64,000 nucleotides of DNA from a virus, in the IMG/VR virus record IMGVR_UViG_3300037264_006630, positions 1-64,000 of that record. One strand, written 5' to 3'. Shown here piece after piece: positions 19,404 through 27,746 of the stretch (the first letter of the stretch is position 1; each line of letters begins with the position of its first letter). The translations under genes and the position numbers were made by a program. The notes beneath the pieces were generated by a model, which was not told where the DNA came from, searched no databases, and saw only the letters and a program-made list of their open reading frames with translations.

Positions 19404-19744
19404 GCGCGCGGCGGCGGCGGGACGAGCCGGGCCGCGTGGCCTACGCGGTGGGTTGCGACTCCGACCTGACCGCGGAGGAGCAAGCGCACGCGCGCACGGC
19501 GCTCCGGTTCCTGCGTTCGCGGTGCGGCACATGGGAAGCGGTGGCACGGGTGCTGCGCTTCAACGGCACGCACATCGTGGACGCCAACACGGGGCGCGCG
19601 TCGATCACCGCGAGCATGGCGGTGCGGATCGCGCGCGTGGTCAAGGCGCCGATCGACGACGTGCTGACCGGCCGCTTCCCGGCGCCGAACACCTGCCCGC
19701 ACTGCGGCCACGTCGGACCCACCGAGGAGATCGCAGCGTCGTGA
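19400..19744 (+). CDS. HTH (XRE-like) protein with C-terminal CPHC
   Basis: GTWEAVARVLRFNGTHI...ITASMAVRIARVVKAPIDDVL. Confidence 0.7.
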   Translation: MSARRRRDEPGRVAYAVGCDSDLTAEEQAHARTALRFLRSRCGTWEAVARVLRFNGTHIVDANTGRASITASMAVRIARVVKAPIDDVLTGRFPAPNTCPHCGHVGPTEEIAAS

Positions 19745-20819
19745 TCGTCGCCCTCCGCTTCCACGGGACGGGCTTGCCAGCGGTCGCGCTGTTGCCGGGG
19801 AAGCGCGTCTTCACCATCGGCTCGGGCACCGCCGATGTTGTCGTGCCGCGCATCGTCGCCAGCGAGGTTGCTGACGTTCACGCGATCGTCGAGCGGACCG
19901 CCGACGGGCTGCGGTTGACCGAGTCCGGGGGCAACGGCATCTACCGCAACGCGTGGACGCCCGCGGTGACCGAGTTGCTACTTCACGCGGGGCAGGTCGG
20001 GTGGGTCGGGTCCGTGGCCGTGCAGGCGCTTGACGATCGGCTCGTGACCCTACGGCCGCGCGTCGCGTGGAACCTCGGGCTCGACGCGCACGCCGCGGTC
20101 GACGACGCCCTGGCCGTGATCGCCACCCGGGCGCCGCTCCTCTTGCTCGGCCCGCGCGGCACCGAAGGCGAGAGGCTGGCCCGCGCCATTCACGAGGCCA
20201 CGGACGGGGCGCGCGCGTTCGTGGAGACCGACCGCCCGATCCCGCACCTTGAAGACGCGACCCTGTACGTGGACCTCGACGGCCTCACCCGGCTCCCAGC
20301 CTCGCGCGCCGCCGAGCTGCTCCGGCCGTGGCGCGACCTCCGGGTCATCTTCAACGCCACGTCCGAGCGGCATGCCAGCGGCCTCTTGGACAGCCACCTT
20401 GCCAGCATCCACACGCTCACCCTGCCGCCCTTGGCCACCCGCCGCGCCGAAGTCCCCCGACTCCTCGGCGCCCTCTGGCACCAGCTCGGCTCCGGTTGCG
20501 ACCCCGCCACCGACCTTTCCCCCGCTGCTCTCCTCAGCCTCACCGCCCACGACTGGCCCGGCAACCTCGCCAGCCTGCGCGACAACGCCCGCCGCATCCT
20601 TGCCTATCACCACGCCGGTGGGCTCCGGCCCGCTGCGCGTACCCTTGGCATCAAGCACCAGACCCTCGCAGGTCACTTCAACCGGATCGGGTTCCCCATG
20701 CTGGACGAGATCCAGAGAGAGGAGCGGCTCGACCGGAAGCACCGGGCGCCGCGCGCTGACCGCAAACCTCCGAGGCTGACCGCAAACCCACGGTCACTGC
20801 GGTGTTTGCGGGCAAAGCC
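19741..20819 (+). CDS. Degenerate FHA + sigma54-activator-like AAA + HTH protein; no stop inside the element
   Basis: FTIGSG..DVVV; LLLLGPRGTEGERLARAIH; HDWPGNLASLRD; AARTLGI. Confidence 0.75.
20755..20786 (+). repeat. Two subterminal GCTGACCGCAAA repeats, right end
   Basis: 20755-20766 and 20775-20786, same orientation as the left-end copies. Confidence 0.85.
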
Positions 20820-21558
20820 GCTGGCCTCTGTGCCCGAAGTGCGGCGCGGACGAGGCGTACTCGCTCGCCATCCCCGCCGACCCGGCGGTCGATCTGCGGT
20901 GCTACGTCTGCGGCCCCATCAAGGTCGGCGAGAGCATCGGCCTGTTCGGCAACTGGACCCACGGCAAGGTGCCCGAGCTCCTCCAGGCCATCGAGGCGTT
21001 CGGCTCGGCCCGGTACGCGTCCGGTCGAGCTCGCGGGACTGCGCGAGAGCCTGCGGGACAGCACCGACCCCGAAGACCGGAACACGGTCGACTTCGCGAC
21101 CATGGCGCTCTCCCCCAGCGAGTACACCGACGCGGATGGCAACCCGATCCGCTCGCCGCGAGGTGGCAGCAAGTTCCGGCGCTCCGAGTGCCGCGACTAC
21201 TGCGCCCGCGTCATCGCCCGCCGCGACGGGCTGCCCATGCCGCCGGACCAGAGCGGCCTCGCCATGGAGGTCTACTCGTACGGGCGGCTGGTCTGGTCGC
21301 GGTGGGACCGCCCACGTCTCCGACTGCGGCTGCGCGATCTGCGCCTCCGACCAGCTCGAGCGGGTCTGTCGCCGGGGCGCCAGCACTCCGGCCGACCAAC
21401 TCCCGCTCTTCAGCCTCGCAAACGACGCCGAAGCCTCGATCATCCACCGCCGCATGCGCGACCTCGCACCCGGCCGGGAGTACGGCGTCTGCGTCGCCTT
21501 TGGCGACACCGTGCAGGGGCTCTACCGGGACGGCGGCTTCATCGGACCGATGAAGTGA
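20820..21558 (+). pseudogene. 3' part of the interrupted Zn-finger gene; two apparent +1 frameshifts (~21010, ~21308)
   Basis: LCPKCG...CYVCG in frame with 14741; the coding signal then moves through the other two frames. Confidence 0.6.
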
Positions 21559-21649
21559 GCGCTGGCGTACGGTTGAACCAGCACCTCGCGCAGACCTCAC
21601 CCTCTGGGTACTAAATGCGGTCTACGAACCGACCGGAGACCGCCGCCCC

Positions 21650-21949
21650 ATGCAAGCCTCCCTGTCCGCCAGCGTCGCCGAGCTCGAGCAGTCCAACGTT
21701 CGACTCCAGGCCGAGCTCGCCGCCGAACGCGAGGAGAACGAGCGCCTGCGCGCGCTCATCGAGCCGTGTGACGAGTGCCCCGACGAGTTCGCCGACGCCA
21801 TCGCCACGGCCAGCGCCGTCGTCGACCGGCTATCCGACTCCCAGAGGGCCCGCCACATGACGGTTGAGGAGGCGCTGGAGCTGCTCGGGAAGGTGGTACC
21901 GCCGGACTCCGACAGCACAGGCGAACCGGGGCCGGATAGCACAGCGTGA
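21650..21949 (+). CDS. Coiled-coil hypothetical protein
   Basis: Heptad-like LEQSNVRLQAELAAEREENERLRAL. Confidence 0.65.
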   Translation: MQASLSASVAELEQSNVRLQAELAAEREENERLRALIEPCDECPDEFADAIATASAVVDRLSDSQRARHMTVEEALELLGKVVPPDSDSTGEPGPDSTA

Positions 21950-22087
21950 TGACACAGCAGATAGCACAGCGATACGTCCAACAAACACAAGCAGTGTCGA
22001 TGGCATACGAGATGTGCGTGAAGTCGGATAGCACAGCAAGCAGCACAGGCCGACAGCACAGCAAAATACCGGCCGGAGAGCACAGCC
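21911..22087 (+). repeat. Cluster of about 7 GA(T/C/G)AGCACAG direct repeats (iteron-like)
   Basis: Copies near 21911, 21935, 21951 (partial), 21960, 22027, 22040, 22052, 22077; A/C-rich intergenic DNA. Confidence 0.8.
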
Positions 22088-22088
22088 C

Positions 22089-22414
22089 ATGCGCGTGATC
22101 GGTTCCGACGTGAAGGTCGTCATGATGATCGCCGGACAGCCGGTCGAGTACCTCCCCCTGAGGTCCAACGGCTTGTCCGTGCCCAGGGGCATCCACGGGT
22201 CAAGAAGGGCGACGTGGATGCCGTGTTCGATGCGGTGGCTCGCTTCGCGAAGCGCGCGGAGCGCTGGCACGCCTCCCGGGGCTGGTGCTTCCCCCAGCGG
22301 GTGTGGCGCCACCGCCGGAACCAGCGAGCGGAAGCCGCTGCGGCGCGTCGGGCCGGGCATGCGCTCGCCCGCTCCGAGCGACGTTGCCAGCGGCACGGAA
22401 TGGAATCCGCATAA
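22089..22414 (+). CDS. Hypothetical protein, apparent -1 frameshift at GGG ~22199
   Basis: ...RGIHG|VKKGDVDAVFDAV... Confidence 0.4.
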
Positions 22415-22455
22415 AGAGACCGATCCGCCAATCGGTTGTTCGGTTCACTCGGACC

Positions 22456-22644
22456 GTGGCGTCTTACCTGCGGGTGACCCGAGAGCGCCCCGACTGCCTC
22501 CGAGCCAGCCTCTACACGGCCGCGCTCCTGGACGGCATCCTCACCGCGAACCACCGCCGCATCCTCGCCACCCACGTCGAGGCGTGCCGCCGGTGCAAGC
22601 GCGTGCTTCTCGTCTGCTGGTTCGAGAACCTGCTCACCACGTAG
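22456..22644 (+). CDS. zf-HC2 (anti-sigma-type zinc finger) small protein
   Basis: ALLDGILT...ILATHVEACRRC (HxxxCxxC). Confidence 0.65.
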   Translation: MASYLRVTRERPDCLRASLYTAALLDGILTANHRRILATHVEACRRCKRVLLVCWFENLLTT

Positions 22645-22677
22645 CCTCGCCCGCCGACCGCATGCGACAACGCCGGC

Positions 22678-22992
22678 ATGGCCGAGATCAAGACCGAGCC
22701 GCGGCGCCTGGTCGACCTGAACCCGCAGTGGATCCGGAACCACGGCACGGACGAGGTCCACGGCGTTGCCTTCGACTGCCCCTGCGGCGCCAAGGAGACC
22801 TGCCCAGTACGTGGCCGGTGCCTCGTCCCCACCAAGACCTGCCTGACCGGCGCGCCCGTCACCGCCGACAGCGCCGCCATGGGCTGGACGGTGACCGGGA
22901 CCAACTTCGACGACCTCACGCTCTCGCCGTCGGTCAACTACCGCGACCACTGGCACGGCCACGTCACGAACGGCGAGCTCACCTCGGTCTAA
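22678..22992 (+). CDS. DUF6527-like protein
   Basis: FDCPCG...WTVTG...LTLSPSVN...HWHGHVTNG. Confidence 0.7.
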   Translation: MAEIKTEPRRLVDLNPQWIRNHGTDEVHGVAFDCPCGAKETCPVRGRCLVPTKTCLTGAPVTADSAAMGWTVTGTNFDDLTLSPSVNYRDHWHGHVTNGELTSV

Positions 22993-23031
22993 GCGCTTGC
23001 TCCGGGCACCGCCCGTATGTGACAACGGCCC

Positions 23032-23496
23032 ATGGTCGACAGCGCCGCCCTCGTCTTGCCGCCCCAGCGCATCTGCATCATCGGCGGCCCTCACACCGGC
23101 AAGACCACGCTCGCCGCCCAACTCGGCGGTGGGGACCACGGCTACGCTCTCATCTCGGCAGACGACCACATCGGCATGGAGTGGAGCGCCGCCAGCCGGC
23201 ACATCGCCGACCTCATGCGGGACACCGAGCCGCCCTGGCTTGCCGAGGGCGTCGCCCTGGTCCGGGCCATCCGCAAGCGTCAGCGGGACGACAAGGACCC
23301 CAAGCCCTGCGACCTCGTCATCCTCCTACGCCAGGTCTGGACCCCTCTCACCCTGGACGGCCAGCGCTCGATGGCCGCCGGTCACAAGACCATCTGGGGG
23401 AGCATCGCCTGGGAGGTGGAGAAGAAGGCGGGCATCCCGGTGCTCCGAGACCCGACGCCCGAGCAGCTCGCCGCGGCGCTGCGACCGGCTGCTTGA
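23032..23496 (+). CDS. P-loop nucleotide-kinase-like protein
   Basis: ICIIGGPHTGKTT, ISADD, LAEG. Confidence 0.75.
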   Translation: MVDSAALVLPPQRICIIGGPHTGKTTLAAQLGGGDHGYALISADDHIGMEWSAASRHIADLMRDTEPPWLAEGVALVRAIRKRQRDDKDPKPCDLVILLRQVWTPLTLDGQRSMAAGHKTIWGSIAWEVEKKAGIPVLRDPTPEQLAAALRPAA

Positions 23497-23538
23497 CACC
23501 GGGCTCCACTTCGCGCATAGCTTCAAGCGCACGAACCG
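23493..23538 (+). promoter_or_regulatory. Promoter/operator (site 5) with ACG in place of ATG
   Basis: TTGACA...TTCGCGCA-N10-CGCACGAA. Confidence 0.7.
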
Positions 23539-23735
23539 AGAGCAGGACCAGCACGACGATGTGATTCCACGCCCAGGACACCGCGACCCGCAAGCGCTAC
23601 GTCACCCCACGTCCTGGAGTGCTTATGTCCCCGTCCTCTTGGTCTCCTAACCACAAGAGCAGCCTCGGGCTGCGTCCGGCCATCGCCACTGCTACGCCTC
23701 GGCTGCCCGCTAGCGCCGATTGGTGGTGTAGCCCG
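23531..23735. ncRNA. Candidate structured RNA
   Basis: Hairpins CCAGGAC/GTCCTGG, CTCTTG/CAAGAG, GCAGCC/GGCTGC, GCTACGCC/GGTGTAGC; poor coding signal. Confidence 0.4.
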
Positions 23736-24152
23736 CCCGTTACGCCGCCCGAGCCGGCCCACCTCGACTACGCTCGACGCCACCTCGACGCCTTGCTGGC
23801 TGCCCCGGTCGCCAACGGGGTTGAGGTCTCGAAGCGAGACCACTTGGTCCAGCGAGTGAGGGTCTGGATTGCCGCCGCCGAAAGCTTGCTCGAGGAGCGG
23901 ATGCACTCCATCACGGCCAGTCGGAACGAAGCGAACCTCCGCCGCGCGCTCCGGCTGGCCATCCGATCCTTGGTCGCCTCTGGTGACACGACGACCCTGG
24001 AGAAGATCGGCGGCGGTCACGTCACCCCAGCCTTCTACGCCATCGGTGGAGAGGACGGCTACTTCGGACGACTGACAACCTTGCGCGCTGATCCTCCGTG
24101 CCGACCAACCTCGCGGTTGGAAGCACAAACCATGCCCTATTGTACAGGGTAA
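23625..24152 (+). CDS. Hypothetical protein, start uncertain
   Basis: Helical coding-like region from ~23740. Confidence 0.45.
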   Translation: MSPSSWSPNHKSSLGLRPAIATATPRLPASADWWCSPPVTPPEPAHLDYARRHLDALLAAPVANGVEVSKRDHLVQRVRVWIAAAESLLEERMHSITASRNEANLRRALRLAIRSLVASGDTTTLEKIGGGHVTPAFYAIGGEDGYFGRLTTLRADPPCRPTSRLEAQTMPYCTG

Positions 24153-24158
24153 TTCTGG

Positions 24159-24241
24159 TTGACGCCCGACGGCCAATGTCTGAGAGTGGCCGCATGGAGC
24201 ACGACCTGAACGGCGTCGTCCGGACCCGCGTGCCGGAGTGA
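24159..24241 (+). promoter_or_regulatory. Promoter with 15-aa leader ORF (24194-24241) coupled to the next gene
   Basis: TTGACG 35 nt before ATG; MEHDLNGVVRTRVPE stop overlaps GTG. Confidence 0.45.
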
Positions 24242-24642
24242 GTATCACGCCATGGCTGGTCCATCGCCCTAACGACGTGCTCGAGGTCCCCGCCGCTACC
24301 ATCCGCGACGCGCTGCTCCACGCCGCAGACCTCGTCGCCAACGACGGCTGGGAGCCATGGCCTGGCGGGGTGGCGCTGGGCGGGCCGAGGAACCTGCACG
24401 TCCTCATCGGCGACGCCTGCCGCGCCTTCCAGGTGAAGGCCGGTGAGGTGCAGCTCTGGATGGCGGCTCACGCCGCGGTCAGCGCCATCATCAAGTCCGA
24501 CCTCGCGACCGACCCCGACGTCTTGCCGCGTTCGCTCGACGAGTTCGAGTGGCGGCATGACCGCACGGCCGAGGATATCGCCGAGCTTGTGCGCCGGGCG
24601 GCGCGGCTGGTCGACCCCTCGCCGCCGAGGGACGACGAATGA
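24238..24642 (+). CDS. Hypothetical protein
   Basis: Ends in EW.HDRTAEDIAELVRRAA motif common in phage proteins. Confidence 0.7.
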   Translation: MSITPWLVHRPNDVLEVPAATIRDALLHAADLVANDGWEPWPGGVALGGPRNLHVLIGDACRAFQVKAGEVQLWMAAHAAVSAIIKSDLATDPDVLPRSLDEFEWRHDRTAEDIAELVRRAARLVDPSPPRDDE

Positions 24643-24821
24643 GCCACTTTGGTCCCTGCGGAAAGGTGCTCTACGAGAGCAAGGGCGCCGCGGCCGAGGC
24701 GGCTCGGAAGTTGCGCCGCCAGCGGGGGCACCTGCACCTGGAGCCGCAGTCCTGCGTGAACGGCTGCACCGGCTGGCATCTGGGCCGGCCCGAGGAAGGG
24801 ATACGAGATGGCCGAAGGTGA
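24639..24821 (+). CDS. Small Zn-binding protein
   Basis: CGKVLY.SK..A...CVNGCTGWHL. Confidence 0.65.
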   Translation: MSHFGPCGKVLYESKGAAAEAARKLRRQRGHLHLEPQSCVNGCTGWHLGRPEEGIRDGRR

Positions 24822-25023
24822 TGTGCGTGGCAACTTCGTGTGGGGCTGGACCCAGGGCGTCATCCGCGGCGGCACGCTTGCGCTGGGCCCCGGCATCGCC
24901 GGGTACACCAAGGTCGCCGCGGTGTTCGGCACCAACTGCGACCGCCTCACCGCTCTCCACATCGCTACCGACTGGCTGCGTCGGGGCGGTGATCGGGTGC
25001 GACCGGACGCGGGGCCGTCGTGA
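24808..25023 (+). CDS. Small hypothetical protein
   Basis: Overlap-coupled. Confidence 0.55.
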   Translation: MAEGDVRGNFVWGWTQGVIRGGTLALGPGIAGYTKVAAVFGTNCDRLTALHIATDWLRRGGDRVRPDAGPS

Positions 25024-25325
25024 TCCAGGAACATCCGGTGACCATTCTGGCCGTCATCATCGCCGCGGCTCGCCGTATCGACGAGGTGCTGGAGGCGGCA
25101 ACCGGCCAGCGCACGAACGCCGTCACGCTGTCGCTTCGCCCGGCGGTCTACGCCCAGCTCCGCCAGCTCATCGAGGACAAGCAGGCGCCGTGCCTGGCGC
25201 GCATCGCTCGGGACCAACTCAACCACGAGTACCTGCTCCTGTTCGGAGAGACGCCCGTCTTCATCTACGGCCAGGAACCACCCGCGGCACCGCCGCTGCC
25301 ACGCCCTACCTTGAGGCTCGTATGA
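25020..25325 (+). CDS. Hypothetical protein
   Basis: Overlap-coupled. Confidence 0.65.
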   Translation: MIQEHPVTILAVIIAAARRIDEVLEAATGQRTNAVTLSLRPAVYAQLRQLIEDKQAPCLARIARDQLNHEYLLLFGETPVFIYGQEPPAAPPLPRPTLRLV

Positions 25326-26008
25326 CCACCGACCCCTCTGACTCCAGCGCCCTCATCGTGCTCGAGGGCATCGACGGCTCCGGCACCACGACCCAGGCTG
25401 CCCTTCTGGCCGACGCCCTCCAGGCTCGAGGCCATCGGGCTCACCTCACTCGGCAACCGAGCACGGGGCCGATCGGCCTGGTCATCCGCGAGATCATCCG
25501 GGGCGGCCACCGCCTGCCCGACGGCGACGCCCCGAGCGAGGGCACCATGGCCCTCCTCTTCGCCGCCGACCGCTCCGATCACATGGAGCGCGAGGTCATC
25601 CCGTCACTCGACGCCGGGTGGCTGGTCATCTCCGCTCGCTGGACTGCCAGCGCCTACGCCTACCAGACGGCCGGGCTACACCCGACGGTGGCCTACCCGC
25701 ACGAGCAGTGGCTGGCCGAGCTCGACCTCAACAGCGAGAAGCTCCCCCGGCCCGGCTTCGTGCCCGACTGCGAGATCTGGCTGCGCTGTCGGCCCGAGGT
25801 CGCCAACACTCGCCGCGTCGCCGCCGGCATGCGCATCGACCGCTACGACGACCTGGCGTTCCAGCACGAGTTGGCCGCCGCCTACGAGCGTGTGATGTCC
25901 CGAGGCGGTCGAGACGGGACCACGGTCGAAGTCGACGGGGAGGCGTCGGTCGGCGAGGTTCACCGGCGGGTACTGGAAGTAGTGCTCGAGCGGCTGAGGT
26001 CCCGGTGA
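25322..26008 (+). CDS. tmk: Thymidylate kinase
   Basis: IVLEGIDGSGTTTQ, TRQP, LLFAADR, AYQ. Confidence 0.9.
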   Translation: MTTDPSDSSALIVLEGIDGSGTTTQAALLADALQARGHRAHLTRQPSTGPIGLVIREIIRGGHRLPDGDAPSEGTMALLFAADRSDHMEREVIPSLDAGWLVISARWTASAYAYQTAGLHPTVAYPHEQWLAELDLNSEKLPRPGFVPDCEIWLRCRPEVANTRRVAAGMRIDRYDDLAFQHELAAAYERVMSRGGRDGTTVEVDGEASVGEVHRRVLEVVLERLRSR

Positions 26009-26373
26009 CGACGCCCGAGGTCATCAAGGCGTGCCCGTTCTACACGGCGTGGCCGACTCTCCACTTTCTGCGGTGCGAGCATCCCGGGTGCCCGTGCGGC
26101 ATCGAGTTCTGGATGGCTCGGGAAGGCGCCCTCTCCGACATCGGGACCCGCGCCACCCTGGTCAACCGGGTGTTGGCGGGTGCTGGGTGGCTCTGCCTGA
26201 TCGGTCGGCCGCCGGGTGGCGGGGCGAGCTCGACCTGGCTGTGCCCGGCGTGCGCTCGCGAAATGGTCGACCCGTACGAGGCGAAGGTGGTGGAGGCGCA
26301 AGAGTCGAGGGCACACATGTCGCGCATCGAGCTCTCGGCCGAGCGCGGGGCATGGTCGCAGCCGGCGCGCTGA
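26005..26373 (+). CDS. Cys-containing hypothetical protein
   Basis: CEHPGC...WLCPAC. Confidence 0.6.
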   Translation: MTTPEVIKACPFYTAWPTLHFLRCEHPGCPCGIEFWMAREGALSDIGTRATLVNRVLAGAGWLCLIGRPPGGGASSTWLCPACAREMVDPYEAKVVEAQESRAHMSRIELSAERGAWSQPAR

Positions 26374-26374
26374 C

Positions 26375-26419
26375 CTCGCCGGGTTGGTGGTTCGCGCGTA
26401 CTGTGGTGCGCATGAACCT
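26375..26419 (+). promoter_or_regulatory. Operator/promoter (site 6), weak -35
   Basis: TTCGCGCG-TACTGTGGTG-CGCATGAA. Confidence 0.75.
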
Positions 26420-27071
26420 CTACGAACGAGATCAAGAACACAGAGACCGTCTCACCGCCGCCGTTCAGGCGGCCTTCCCGCCCGGCCGCGCCAACACCGC
26501 CGGGTGCGATCACTGTGGGGTCGGTCGGGATGCGGACTGCCTGGAGGACGATGCGCTGCGTCTCCCCGAGGGCACTTGGTTCGCGGTCCAAGCGGGTCGG
26601 CTCTCGCTCGCCGAGGCCCAAGCCGAGCCGAAGCGCAACCCGCGCTGGATGATGCATCGGGAGCGCTACCTCGAGATGGAGGCGTACCGCAGCGAGCAGC
26701 TCGCGCTGATGACGGCGGCGGACGTCGCATCGGCTGCACGCTGGGACGAGATTGCCGAGCAGCACGCTCGTCTCGTCGCCTGCGACAACGAGGACTGCCG
26801 CGCTGACGTCGGACAACCTTGCAAGGCGGCAACCTGCGCGGTGCGCATCAAGGCCGGGTGGCGTCGCGCCTACCTGCTCGGCTGCGATGGCTCCCGCCGC
26901 CGAGGCACCGACGTGCCGCCCGACGAAGCGATCATCGCCGCCATCAACCGGCTCGAGGCCCGGCTCGAGGCCCAGGGTGCGACACTCGGCAACCTGCCGC
27001 TCGCGGTGGATGGACGCCTGGTCACCGCCGCCTATCGGGCCGTGGTACTGGCCCGCCACGCCCGCGCCTGA
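26412..27071 (+). CDS. Hypothetical protein with Cys motifs
   Basis: Starts at the operator ATG. Confidence 0.7.
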   Translation: MNLYERDQEHRDRLTAAVQAAFPPGRANTAGCDHCGVGRDADCLEDDALRLPEGTWFAVQAGRLSLAEAQAEPKRNPRWMMHRERYLEMEAYRSEQLALMTAADVASAARWDEIAEQHARLVACDNEDCRADVGQPCKAATCAVRIKAGWRRAYLLGCDGSRRRGTDVPPDEAIIAAINRLEARLEAQGATLGNLPLAVDGRLVTAAYRAVVLARHARA

Positions 27072-27133
27072 TAGCTGCATCCGAAGCGTTCGCTTCTCGA
27101 GGGCGGCGACGTCTCCAGGCGAGGAGCAGCAAC

Positions 27134-27661
27134 ATGGGGATCAGTCCAGACGACGTCGTCTTCCTGCGGGGCTCGTGGAACCTGCGGTCGCACCACATGT
27201 CCGACGGGCTGCCGTACTTCCAGTGGCGGCTGATCGACATGCCGCCCGGGGTCGAGATCGCGGCAACCCGCCAACCGGGATCCCTGCAACCCGGGCAGTC
27301 GGTCATCTTCATCAAGGCTGGGTTGGTCGATCAGGTCGCGTTCGTGATCCAGACGCACCCCGGGATCACGTTCCCGGACGGCATCATGGCCGGCAACACC
27401 AGGCCGTGGACGGCTGGTGCGTTGAACGGGGCCTCCTACGTCTTCGCCGCAGACAAGGTCGTCGTCGACCTGGCTGCGCTGGCCACTCCGCCGATGGCGG
27501 TCGCGATCGGTGAGCCGATCATCATCCTGGTTCACCAGCCGTTCTTCTCCAAGCGGACAGATCTGGTGAACTCCAGCGCCACCGACGAGTTCCTCAAGGA
27601 TATCGACATTCACGGCATGATCACGCTGGCATACGGCAGGCCCGGTGATGTCCTCCCCTGA
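27134..27661 (+). CDS. Hypothetical beta-rich protein
   Basis: SD GAGGAG; slightly lower GC3. Confidence 0.7.
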   Translation: MGISPDDVVFLRGSWNLRSHHMSDGLPYFQWRLIDMPPGVEIAATRQPGSLQPGQSVIFIKAGLVDQVAFVIQTHPGITFPDGIMAGNTRPWTAGALNGASYVFAADKVVVDLAALATPPMAVAIGEPIIILVHQPFFSKRTDLVNSSATDEFLKDIDIHGMITLAYGRPGDVLP

Positions 27662-27701
27662 CCTCGACGCCCGGCACGCAGTCGGTTGCGGAACTGACCG
27701 C

Positions 27702-27746
27702 TTGACGACTACCGGGTTTCGTGCGTACGATGATACGCATGAAAGC
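27702..27746 (+). promoter_or_regulatory. Promoter/operator (site 7)
   Basis: TTGACG-18-TACGAT-7-ATG; TTCGTGCG-N10-CGCATGAA. Confidence 0.85.

Larger units (their letters stand above)
14769..20819. mobile_element. 6051-bp IS5-family (IS903-like) cargo-carrying transposon
   Basis: Perfect 16-bp TIRs GGCTTTGCCCGCAAAC (14769-14784, 20804-20819); 9-bp TSD GCTGGCCTC (14760-14768, 20820-20828); DDE transposase inside. Confidence 0.92.

Noticed and set aside
19258-21558. Single 766-aa gene
   Set aside because: It spans the transposase end, the TIR/TSD and the target gene; it is a read-through composite
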